A DNA stretch of 64,000 nucleotides from Trichosphaerium sp. ATCC 40318 (Eukaryota > Protista > Tubulinea): positions 13,797-77,796 of the forward strand of contig JALMLS010000234.1 in assembly GCA_038496445.1 (NCBI GenBank), given 5' to 3'. This document shows positions 13,255-25,349 of this stretch, piece after piece. Made by a program: the position numbers and the translations under genes. The notes beneath the pieces are model-generated. The model was given only the letters and a program-made list of their open reading frames with translations, did no database searches and was not told the origin of the DNA. Each line of letters starts with the position of its first letter. Within the stretch, counting starts at the first letter, position 1.

Positions 13255-14434
13255 TCACAAAGTGTCTTCAAGGTCTTGCAAGTATGACAACATTAGCATA
13301 TTCTCCTTCAGAATACCGTTCAAATGGGCTGTATCTGCGCGTTGTCTAGAGTAAGGATCTATTTGTTTCTTCTACAGTGTTACTTAGATAAGGGTAATTT
13401 TTCATGCCAAAACAAAAACTTTAAAAAAAAACGAAACAATTTTCTGGTAATTGCTTTGCTTGGTGCTACTGTACGTACCTCTACGTTCTTCATTTGTGGG
13501 GGCAGTGATTTTCTTCTACTAGCTTTTACAGAAGTTATCGTATCTGCGGTAGTAGTAGGTTTCTTTCTCGTGCCAACGCTTTTTCTTCGGTTTCTTTTCT
13601 GAGAACTGACAGCCGGCACTGACAGAGATAGAGTTCCTTTGTTCGAAGATACGTGGTCCCCTCTATACCCTGTGCTTCTCTTCCTAGGCCTTGAGCTAGG
13701 TATAGCACTTACCGATTGCGTTTCGGGATCAAAACTTCTTGATCTTGGCTTGTCACGGGACCGACGTCGTTTCGAAGCAAATGATTGTGTTTCAGGGTCA
13801 AATGCACGTGAAGTTGTCTTGTGTTTTGATTTAGATTTTGACCGACGCCTTGTCGATGATGCAAACGACTGTGTCTCATCTATGACGTCATGGCGACGAG
13901 AGCGACCATTACTTCGCCTACGATCCTTCCTGTTGGTCGAAGATGCCCTGTAGCCACCGAAAGATTGCGTTTCGGGGTCAAATTCGCGTTCTGGTAATTG
14001 TATTTCTACGCCTGCTGGTAAATACGCTCCAGTGCTATTGCTTTAATTAGATACACGCGTCAAGGAGACTCCTAGATTGTTTTTAAAGTGACTTACTGTA
14101 AATAGGTTTGTAGAGTTCTTCTATTCGTTTCAATAAGCTCATTGCATTGTCGTTGTGTCCTTACAACGTCGTGGGCTGTGTGCGCTGTTATTAAAATGTG
14201 AATTTCTTGAATTGAATTTGGATCTATTGTTGGTTACTTTCTCTAAAAACGGAGTTTTTTATAGCGCTAACCGTGCAACCCATCACGTAATTCTACTAGA
14301 ATAGTAGGTCCTCTAAAGAAGCTTAATTTGATATCTGTTATTATTGCTTTGATAGCCTTAAAACATTGTTTTGTTCTGTTTTCTGCGATTGGAAACCCTA
14401 TGGGTACTCTTGCAACGAACGGTCTTGTGGACAT
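13255..14434 (-). CDS. Hypothetical protein: possible degenerate KH-like N-terminus plus basic R/S-rich region with four (F)DPETQS(F/V)-like motifs
   Basis: Four exons joined in frame by GT-AG introns; repeats at 13711-13982; ends LSYLQDLEDTL*. Confidence 0.7.
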
Positions 14435-14600
14435 GTGCTGTTTATTTGTTAAAGAAATTAGAAACAAGTTGACCGACGCAGAAAACGTAAAAGCTGTTTT
14501 TTATCAACAAGAATTCTTGTAGGTAACGCCTGCGTACAAAAGAAGAGTTTACTGTACCTGGAAGCTGCCTTGTGGCGCTTTAGGAGTTAATTAGTCAACT

Positions 14601-15781
14601 ATGAATACCACATCAGGGAGCACTGGAAGTAACGAGGTAATCATGCAAAGCACGCTAAACGGCCTTGCAATTCGCATTCGATTGTCGCTATCACGATGCA
14701 AAGGCCACAATCGATCAAATTGTGTCAGAATGGAATAAAGAACACCAAGACGATGCACCGGAGACAATAGACGCAAATACGAAAATACCAAGCTCGAATA
14801 TTGGTTACAAGATGCTGTTGAAGATGGGCTGGAAGGATGGCGTAGGCCTTGGCAAGAATCTACAAGGTACAACCGTTTTGATAGTGTTAATTATTGTCTT
14901 GCGCTTACAGGTCTAAAGGTCGAAAGGAACCAGTACCACAAGGCACAAAGGGAGATTTTAGAGGTTTAGGTCGAGTAGAACAAGATAACAAGATGGCAGA
15001 AGAAGCTACAAGCAAGCGGTACCTATTTTCTCGTTTGTATTGCTTAAAAGAGGTAAAATAATATGTTAAATAAAGGCGTGCACTCGCTACTGAGAAGATT
15101 GAGACAGAAGATGAAACTATTAAGCGTAAACAAGAGCACGAGAGGCAAGAAAAAATAAAAGAAGACGTCAAACAAATGACAGATCCGTTCTATTGTAAGA
15201 TATGCGACAAGGTGCGGACGGCTTCATTAAAGTTGTTCATTTTATTGTTTTACAAAAATTGATCACTCTCCCTGCTCCAGGCACGCGTAAATAAGCGCGT
15301 AGAGGGTTTTGTGTACTATAAAAAGCAACGCTTTTTTTTTGGGTCAGAAATTAAATAAATGTCTCATTTATTGTTTTAGCGGTTCAAGTCAACTACTCAG
15401 CTAGATACACACGAAAAAGGATATGCACATAACCATCGCAAGGTATAGACTGGAGTAAATTATTACATACTAACGTAAGAGTTCTAGAGGCTTGCTGATT
15501 TACGAGAGTTTGATGGTCAAATGAAAAAGACACAATCAAGGAAAAGACAGCTCAAAAGCCAACAAAACGAACTTGAACGTGCACTAAAGAAGGCTAAAGC
15601 AACGTAAGTTAATCTAAATTTACCTTTTAATGTGTAGCGTGCATTTACAAATTGTTCATTTAGAGAGGAAGCTATGAAGATCCTAGCGCCTTCTCCAGGT
15701 GATCCTGAAGCAGAGAAAGAACCTGAAGTTAAAGTAGAGGCATTAAAGAAAGACAGGCCAAAGATGTCGTTCAGTTTTTAG
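14601..15781 (+). CDS. G-patch plus C2H2 zinc-finger protein (GPATCH8-like); start approximate
   Basis: [29 protein letters not shown]...RGLG G-patch and FYCKICDKRFKSTTQLDTHEKGYAHNHRKRL zinc finger. Confidence 0.85.
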
Positions 15782-15946
15782 TCAATAAAGTAGAATAGAA
15801 TCAAAATTATAATTTATGTTATTGTACTTCACTGCCACGTGTGCCAATAGTATTTTAGAGGCCGCTGTAGGAGGTTTGAAGCCGAGGTTGAGTGCCACTA
15901 AGCGTGTCAAAAGTGGTCTTGCTTAGGAAGCCTTAACATACTTGTA

Positions 15947-17356
15947 ATGGCGCTACGACGGTCATTTGTTACTTGTGGATGCAGTTATATTTCGTTGAAG
16001 CAGCCTAGAGCTTGCTATACAACATTACCAGATATTCCCACCAAAAAGAATCTAGCACGCGTTAAAAAGCAAGAAAACGCGGTGGCAAAGGCAAATGGCC
16101 TTCAAAAACATTTTAATCCACGAGCTTACACATTACGCCCAAATACATATTATTTTATTGATTCCTCGATCATACCAGAGGCGTCTATGGAACACTCAGT
16201 GTATTTTAAAAGTAAAACTACCATGTGGCTCACTATGCCTCTTATACAAGGTATGTACACGCTAATTACGCGTAAAACTAATCATAAACACTGTTGTGAC
16301 GTTGTTTGTAAGCGAGAAATGTTAACTTTCTTCAAAGGTCATTTTTTTTGTACAGAAACTGTCCAAGAGGATAGTATATCAACATATAATACAACCATAC
16401 CAAACGGTTATCGAGCAGTTACATCTGGGTTAAAATATGACCAAAAACAAAAGTTATATGAAAAAATGATGCCAATTCTTGAACCAAACAAATCTATCCG
16501 CTACAAGGTATGATATCGCCCGTGTTGTCAAGGAACGATCCCCTAATATTTTATGATTCACTCAACAAATGTTTTTCAAATCACGTGATTTTGTAATGTG
16601 AATCTAGTGAACAAAGAAAAATCCGAAAAATTTGATGCTAAGTTTTTTTTTTTAGATGTCGCATCCTTTACGGATTATTATTGAAGCTTCATTTTGCAGT
16701 TCTGATGTAGAAGCATTAAAACTACCTAAAGAGTCTATGTTTAATTTCTTAACACAAAATGAGAAGATGGCAGAGCGTCTATCAAACAAAGTACGAAACT
16801 TTTTTTTTCATCAAAAATCACGTGTGTTAATGCTTTAGTTAGGCAGTTATCAATGAAATGTTAGAAGTTTTGGATGAAGAGAATATACCAAAATTTAAAG
16901 GTATTCTCAATTGTGTTCTATTGAAGGATATAAACCCAAATGATATAATATCACCAATGTCAGATGTACGTAAAGAAAAAAGAAAAACAACAAAAGTTGT
17001 ACAACTTTTTCTAGGATTTTAGGGGTTTTTTTTCCTTCAACAAGACTTCCATTACCAAGAGCGATTAATTCTCCAAAATAACTTATTATTATTAGGAAAT
17101 GATTGAACTTGCAAAAAGCACTGATCCCGAAGAAAAAGAGTTATTTGACTTAGAGTAAGAATCACAAACTTTTCACTTTTTTTTACCATTCGAAATTTTC
17201 CTACTTTTTTTTTTTGCTCACGGAGTTTGTTTTAGAGATCCAAATATAATACCCGGCCAGGAGAAATATCAAATTGAGCAAGCTAAGTATAGAGGTAGCT
17301 TAGATGTTCGAGGAATGTTAGAAAACAGACCACAAAATAGAATACCAATGAATTGA
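15947..17356 (+). CDS. Hypothetical protein with mitochondrial-like presequence and degenerate PIN-like motifs
   Basis: MALRRSFVTCGCSYISLKQPRACY (basic, no acidic residues); YFIDSSII, FCTETVQED, LRIIIEA and FLTQNEKM in PIN-like order. Confidence 0.6.
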
Positions 17357-17742
17357 AAAAAAAAACTTGTTTGTTTTTCTTGTGGATTAATGATATATGT
17401 CAATTACTCATAACCTAAACCACTTCCATATCTCATCTTATGTGCTGTGCTGACAGATAAACAAAACGCTTCTTACTGTTAAAACAAACTATACATTCGC
17501 AGTGATGAACAACGAGATCAAATGTTTATTGATGGTAAACAGCATTGTGGACACAAAAAAGTGGTATTCTAAAGGAATTGGGTTGGTGTGGTGGTAAACA
17601 ACAAACTAAGAGTGACTGTTTTTTGCTTCATACAACCCATGTGAATGTTATTTTGCTCTTCTTTTTCTTCATATTTGATGTCGTGATTTGTTTTTAGAAA
17701 AGGAGACAAAGTACCTAAGGGAAGAAAGAAAACTGGTTAATA

Positions 17743-20700
17743 TTATTTTTTTTCTGGATCTTTTTTGGATATTTTAGCGTACTTTGTTGCTGGACATAAA
17801 TCTACAACAGAGAGTGGTGGCATCGTAGAAACAGGTACAGTACATCCCATCCAAGTGTGTGGTAGGAACGCATGACCAACAGAGATGTCCAAAATACATT
17901 TTTCTGAAAAAAACGATAAATGAATGAACTCTGAAATCAAAGAGAAAAAAAAAAAACTGTACCTGTCAATGCTGGGTGTGTTATTGTTATATCTGTATTT
18001 ATTTCGTATTTAAGGAATCCAATAGGTTTAATATTTTGTTGTGGTATACGATATAGTTTATACTCTTGGTCTGGAAAACGAATCTAAAGAAAGAAAAAAA
18101 AGTGAATAGGTTTGATTTACAACAAAAACTGAGAACGAGAATGTGGAGTTCTAGAAGTTTTTTTTGTTCGTAGTATCTGATAAATACCTTAATAACAATA
18201 CCAGACGTATTATCTACATTTGTCACAGTAGCTACAAAAAAGATTAGGATATTGGCGAGTTACTTAAGTCAACATAAAAAAAAATAGAAAACATTGTTAC
18301 CTTTTACTGAGATTTCATTTGGGATCATGTGATATCCCTTGGCAGGGTTATCATAATTTGGTTTTGGTAGTAACATCTTTGCTGATAATTGTTTGACTAT
18401 GGTTTCTACAACTGGCATGGAAGGCCACCATACCTAATAAAATGTTTTAGGAAAAAAAAACTTTCGGCTTGATTGCCTTGAGTGAGTCTATAAGAGCTGC
18501 TGATCCATTCTTTGGATGCCATTCAAATATCAATCCCATTAATGTCGTGAGTGCTTTTGACAATGTAACACTACGGTGAGTCCAATACCTAACCAAAACA
18601 AATAAGAATCCAAAAATGAAAGAAGTTGTCCATAACGAAAAAAAGTAAAAAACAGCAAAAAAATAGGCTTGGTTAACTTGCACCAACTAAGTTTAATACT
18701 TTAAAGTCCTTCAAAAATATATACGCACGTTCTTATAGTTTTGACTTGTTCACAAAACAAGTCCCATTCTTGTATTGTTGTGTCTGAAGAAGGTTTTGTG
18801 ATAAAACGGACAGCCAGGGCGAATATCCGCATTTCTAATACAGCAAGGTTCGCTTCACAGTTAAGACCCAAGAATAAATATTGCATCTTATAAGTGAATC
18901 CCAGTAATCGTGTAACAATATCTTCAGTTATCCCTGACATTGTACGCATCTATTAGATAAAAGTAAGAAAAAAATAGGAATGATGAGAAAAGTAAAACAC
19001 GTCAGCAACAAAAATCTATTGGTGTACCTGTACTACACATTCGAGGCTTTTCATATACATAAGAAAGAATCTTGCTTTTCCTGACGCTCGTTTATCCATA
19101 CGTGCTATACGTGCAAGGTTCTGTTTGCCTTTTGAAATCAGTTTTTTTACTGTCTTCAAGTTTTTTGTTTGCATGATTTGTGGCATTGTTTCAACATCCT
19201 GCAGTACTAATCTTAGAGATTTATCCACAACTATAAGTGTGTCAATAAACAAAATAATCCGATTTATGGTGTACCGTTATGACTCTTTTTGGTTTTAGCA
19301 TCAGTAGAGCCAATATTTTCGTAATGGCTGAGATGTGGTACAAGTTTTGGAAACTTTATCCTAGAAAAACAGTTTGAGTATACTCAAGGCATCTTATTTC
19401 GCTTTAAACGTACCGTAGGTAGTGGTAATGTTTTTGAACATATGAAGGTACTACAGAGAAAAGACGTGGATGAATCGAACATGAGTTTAGTATGCACAGA
19501 AGAATAGCGATATCTATTTTGTCAAGGTTCAACAATGTTTGCTTATTAAAGCACAAAACTATTTTTCAAAGCAAAACCCCCACCACTCTATGCTTTAGGA
19601 TACAAGACTTGTCTTCAACATTAGGTTCCCTAGGTATAAATCTCCTATCTATACGAAGTAATCCTTCAATAATATACTCTAAGAAGAAACAATCAGAAGG
19701 ACAGCATCAAACTATTAAAATAAATGTAGCATAACGCTGCTTGCCTGTAAAGCTACCATGGTTTCGACCAAGGTACTTCATACATTCATATGTGCTCTTA
19801 ATATCTACAGGGTACCTATAATTAATCGTTATAGTGATGTAAGCGAGGGTTAGTGCGCACTTTGTAAGACTTGAAAGTAACGCTTGTATAGCTGTATTGA
19901 GGCATGCCGTATTAAGCAAGTGTAATGTACATAATATTTGATGAACAGCTTGTCTTATAATGGGAGAAGAATCTTCTAGTATAGCCAGAACAACATGAAG
20001 CTAAAAGCAAGAAACAAATGAATAAGCGAACAAATGAAACAAAGAAGAATCCGTTTTGACAACGCTTGAAGAACAAACTTACTTGTTCCATATCTAGCTG
20101 TACTACAGATCCAATTTTTCGTAAACTGTGTATTGCGTTCAAGCGAACCTTAACATAATACGTAAGAATGTGATTACAGCATCCGAAAAAAATAAGAAAA
20201 AAGGCGGGAAAAAGCAAACATACAGAGTCAATCTCATCATTGAACATATCAACCAAGAACTCAACCGCACTAAGTGCAAATTTTTTTGATCTGGCACCAA
20301 GCTCACAAATAGAGTCAATTGTAGCATTACGAACCTAGTACAAAAGTCAATTGAGTGACACCTAACACAATGGATAAATACCTCGAAAAACTCATCTTCT
20401 AGACCATGAATAAATGCTCCAGCTGCACCACTATCCAAAATAGATACAGTGTTCATTTTGACATCAATGTCACCCTTAGTATGTTTTTAGTCGCCACGTT
20501 TTTTGTGGATTACGATAAAGCTGTACCTCAGGACTTATCTCGTCTTCTTCGTCTATAGCGTGCATACTTATAGCTTTACGATTACTACTCAACTGAACAG
20601 TTTGTGAACCACGTGATAGTGTTTTTTTACTCAAAGTCTGAACTAATAATCCAGTAGATACGCCAAACATACTACCTAATAATCCACTAGCCTAAACAAC

Positions 20701-22019
20701 TCATAAATAACACGCTCTATCCAGATGCAATAAAAAACAAACTCAAACAAAAACTCTTTCTTTCTCAATCACTTTAGAGGGCACATAGAGTATACTAATG
20801 ATAAGAAGGAAGTACATACCTTTGTACGGACTGTTGTTGATTCATCACATACCATAGAACAAATAGTTTTGAATCCATGATCCACTAATCTCACTTTTCC
20901 TTTTTCTCTAGAAACAACGTGCTGTGGGTACAAATTACTCATGACCCTAAACAATATTCTTAAAATTAAGCACTGATATGGTTTCATGTACCATATAAGC
21001 TCTAATGCTTCTAGTCTTACATCTTCAATTGGATCAGAGAGAGCGACCACGGCGTTTTGATAAAGAGCAACATCAAGCTCGAAATTTCTGCTGTGAAGTG
21101 TTCTGATTGCTGATAACGCAGCCTATAAAAGTTATTATACCTATTGTACTCAAGTTAAAAAAAAAGAGCGTACCACTCGAACACGTGCATCTGGATCAGA
21201 TGCAACTCGACCAAGTATTTGTTGAACATCTTTACTGAGTTGTTTTGAGTTATTCTTATCAACTGGTACACACAAAGATGATAGTACGTTAATAGCACCA
21301 ATTCTGACTCCTAAAAACAAACTTATTTAACACCGTCAATGCATAGAGTACGTACTAGGATCTATTGAATCCAAAAGAGGTACAGAAGCATTTAAGAGAG
21401 CTTCACGAATAGGAGATTTAGCTTGGGCAACTTGAAGCATTGCTCTTAAGATATCAGGGCGAGTACCACTTGGATCAATAGATTGCTTTAGTTTCGAAAT
21501 TAAATCTCCACAAACTGCATCAGAAGATGAATCTGGTTGAACAGAAAGACGACCTATCAACCTCACTATAACACTCTAATCAGAAATTAATAAATGCCTG
21601 AGGATTCAACACAGCAATTGTTCGTATTCAACAATAAATTTCTCACGATAGTACAGCAATGGCTCAAAGGCGGCCAAAAAAAAAAAAAAGTTCCAGGATT
21701 TTTGTGACAAACTTGATGATTTTTGGCCGTTAAAACACGTGAGCTGGGACGAGTATACCGAAATGATATTTTGTTTTGTTGGAGGTTTATGAAATAAGGA
21801 GTGAGGTACCTTGATAGATGATTTATATTCTCTGCGTAGTTGAATATTTAAAGACTCCATTAGTTTGGCATGTTCTGCTTTGTCTGGTATTGGTAGAGTG
21901 TTTTCTAAGCGTAGGAGATACTTTTTGAGGTTGTCAGAGATATAATAAATAAGATTTTAAACGCACTCTGATTTTTGCGTCGTTATCTTGCCCAAATAGA
22001 ACGCTATGAGGGCCTTCAT
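17743..22019 (-). CDS. INTS4: Integrator complex subunit 4
   Basis: LDSGAAGAFIHGLEDEFFEVRNATIDSICEL...FLVDMFNDEIDSVRLNAIHSLRKI, RLVDHGFKTICSMVCDE and HEAT repeats. Confidence 0.92.
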
Positions 22020-22779
22020 CGCTTTTATTGTCGTTCTTGTTGATTTTAGAGATTGTTGTAACATTTTACCGTACCGCGTTGTATTGACTCGAAAAAACCA
22101 TTTGGTCACCTGTTTTTTGGCGTTTTTGACTCGATTGAAGAGCCTACGATAATGTTATTAAATAAAACCCATATAAAGGCAGTACTTCGCGTGCACCAGC
22201 TAATGTAACGGTTTCTATCGTTGTTCTATAGTAAATTAACAATTTTAAACGTAGCAATGCAGTACGTAGTCCCAAACGCATCTAAGCGAGTTCGCTTGGC
22301 ACCTGCGTGCGCCATCGGGCTGTTACAAAATACTGGCAGTCAATAAACGTCCGTTTTGCCTAATTCACTGACCAAAGGATTTGTCCACTAAATGCACAGG
22401 TGGCAGCATAGGGATTAAGAAATACGTCAAGAGGTCTAAAACGGTGCTAGCAGTGACTATTTTAAAAAAAACGTCTCTTTGTTTGAAAATTTTTTACAGC
22501 ATTTCCTGTCGCTTTACAGTGTTTTTTTTTGTTTTCTTTTTTAACAGCGACAAGAGATAAAGACAAGTGTGGGTGATAAATAACTGCACAACACTAGGAA
22601 GGGCAAGAAAATCCATAAAAGGGTAAGAGATTCTTATTTAAACAGCCGACCGAGTTTGTGGTTTGTTTTTTTAGGCCTTCCGATCCTAGAGTTTCTGTTA
22701 GTATCCTCCAAGTAGCATAGTATGCAGCAGTATAATTAAGAGCGGCTCATAGTGAAACGTTTTTGCGTTGAAGGCTGCT

Positions 22780-25136
22780 TTACGTGCTTTTTCGAATTCT
22801 ATTTTCGAAAAAAGAAAAAACTGTACCTTCGTTCTTGTTTGCGCTGTAGTTCCAACAAAGGCATAAATTTCATCTCTACTTCAGCACTAAGTAGTGAGTA
22901 TAATTGCTCGTGACCACCGAGTGGTTCTCTAAAGAAGAAAATTAACACCCACGTAAAAGAATCTTGGAGATTGATCAGCGTACCGTAGTTTCTCCATGTA
23001 TCCAGAAATGAGTCGTACAACGTAGTCAAGTTGTAATAATAACACATCACGTGGTAGACTAGTGACTTCAGATGTCTGTTCACTATCAGGTTCACCACTC
23101 TACAAAGGAATTAGTCATAAAACTTTTTTTCCAGAAATGTCAGAAACACGTACAGCCAAGTCCTCCAGAAAACTATTCACTTTGTCTTGATATTTCTCAA
23201 TGAGACCATTAAGTGGTTCCATGTATACTTCTTTCTGGCCAAAGAGGACTTCATTAGCCAAATTCTGAATAACCTTTGCAATAAGAAGTAATTGTCTTCT
23301 AGTTGCAGAGTTCGGGGCACCTAAAAGCAATTAACAAACAATCTATTACTAAGCCAAAGCAAAGAAGCTTCCCAATATACAACAAAAATAATAGCTAGTA
23401 CAATCACAGGTGAACATGACCAAAAAACGCGCTTGGTTTTTCAAAAAATATATGTACATTCCATCAAAGTGCTAACGTACTCTCAACAAGTCCATAGTTC
23501 TGTGGAGTTATAAGTGCAGGACATAAAAATCTCAAAAATATGAATCCTCCTACGGCCTAGTTTTAAAGTAATAAGTAAAACAACACTCAAACAATAAAAA
23601 TGACAACTATTTGTGAGTACCTTCATTTTTGCTTGTGGAAATTTTTGTCCGACAGTTTCAGCTAAATGACGAGATATCTCTCTTAGAGTTCTTCAAAACG
23701 AGTTAGATTTCCGGTTTATAAAACCGATGTTGAACAGAAAATATGATACTCACCCAGGGCATGCTTTTGCGGAACCTAGTACTGCGTCCAAAAACTTTTT
23801 TGTATTTGTTTTGAGTATTTGTATGTTTTCATCTGGATCTTCGCCCTCTTTCAATTTTTGAGGGTCAATCTAAGCGCTCGTTAATTAATAACTATACATG
23901 CAGCCATGCACACGGCTACAATAAAAATAAAACGAGACAAAACCGTTGAAAAAAACCGAAAATAAATCTTGTAAATGTACCTCAACTCTAACTGATGAAT
24001 TGCATAGCTCTTGAATTAGAGGACCCCAAACAGTTTCTATCCAGTACAATCCGATTATGCGTGTGAATTCTCTCATTAGCTTTGTTGCCATACTATCTGC
24101 ACGGAATAACGTTGAAGCACGCGCTAATAACATCAGTTTCGTAATTTCAACAAAGTTGGCTTCTTACCCGTTAATTGCACTTCATCTGTTATTATTTTTC
24201 TTACAAGAGTATCCAGTTGCTTATCCTCCTTGAATATAGCAATGAGAGCAGCTGAAAGACGCGATTCAAGGGTTATTTTTGATAACGCTCTTATTAATGT
24301 GGCTTGTGGGTGTACTATAGTCTAAAAGCGTTTATTAGATTGTTGATAGTATATAAATCGCTAAGGAATGCAGTTTGGTGCATTCGGAATGGTGAATTTT
24401 TGTCATAAAGTTGAGAATTGAGAAAGGCTGGATATAAACACGTACGTTAACCAAATTTGAGTATTTAATGTACTGGACTTTGAGTCTTAACTCTCCTAAC
24501 TTCTTTTTCGACTTCTTTTTGCCTTTTGCTTTTATTTTGACCCAAAGGTCCTTTGTTTGTTGGTCTAGAAACTGGGACATCTGAATTGTAACGGCACCCA
24601 TGAATACGGCTTTTTGAGAGTATGTTAGATAGTTCTACGATACTGATTTCTTAGTTTGTTTTCGTTCTATGTACCTTTGTCAGGTTTGCTGTTGTCTGTG
24701 ATTGTCATTACAAGAGGTTGCGTAGGGTCTACTACATCGCTAAAATAATGCGTTGGTGAGCGATTTCGCAAAATAAAAATTGTATGGTATCTAATAAACA
24801 TACAGTACAAACTCTTCGTTCCATGTGGGGTTCACTGTCTTTTTTAGGACTTTAGTTGTGTATGAAATACCATCTTCACCTAGCGAAAAACTGCAACAAG
24901 GATCTGGAGCGCCTACAAATAGGTTTACACGCGTACTCATTTAACAGCGTTGCTAGTGTAAACCAAGGACAGTTCAATTAACAACCGTTTTATTACGTAC
25001 TATTGGAGTCAGTCGGCCTTAGACCCTTAGCCATTTTGACTGTTTAATAAGATCAGTTTGTGAGCAAGCAATTACTGTTAAACGCACCTTGAAGATACAT
25101 TTTACCAATGTCCCTAACTGCTGCATTATTTGCCAT
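22780..25136 (-). CDS. C2-domain RasGAP
   Basis: C2 (TKVLKKTVNPTWNEEF) followed by RasGAP signatures TLFRADSMATKLM, GGFIFLRFLCPALITPQNYGL and RRQLLLIAKVIQNLAN. Confidence 0.92.
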
Positions 25137-25349
25137 GATTTGGGTGCTGATCAAGAGCTCTAGCGCATTTATAAAAAAGTTGTTTGAACCTCTGTGAAAA
25201 AGCTGCACAACAGTTTTGACACAAATTCAACTATTGTCTACTACCCATTTCGTTGATTGTGATGGCTTCAGTCTGCTTGACATATATAACGAGGTTCTAT
25301 GGACTATGAAAAAGGATTATACTGTCACATTCGTTGTTGGGTTTAACAC

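Noticed and set aside
13639-13953. Plus-strand ORF with repeated DCVSGS
   Set aside because: Reverse-complement reading of the DPETQS repeats; the minus strand has the coherent spliced gene.
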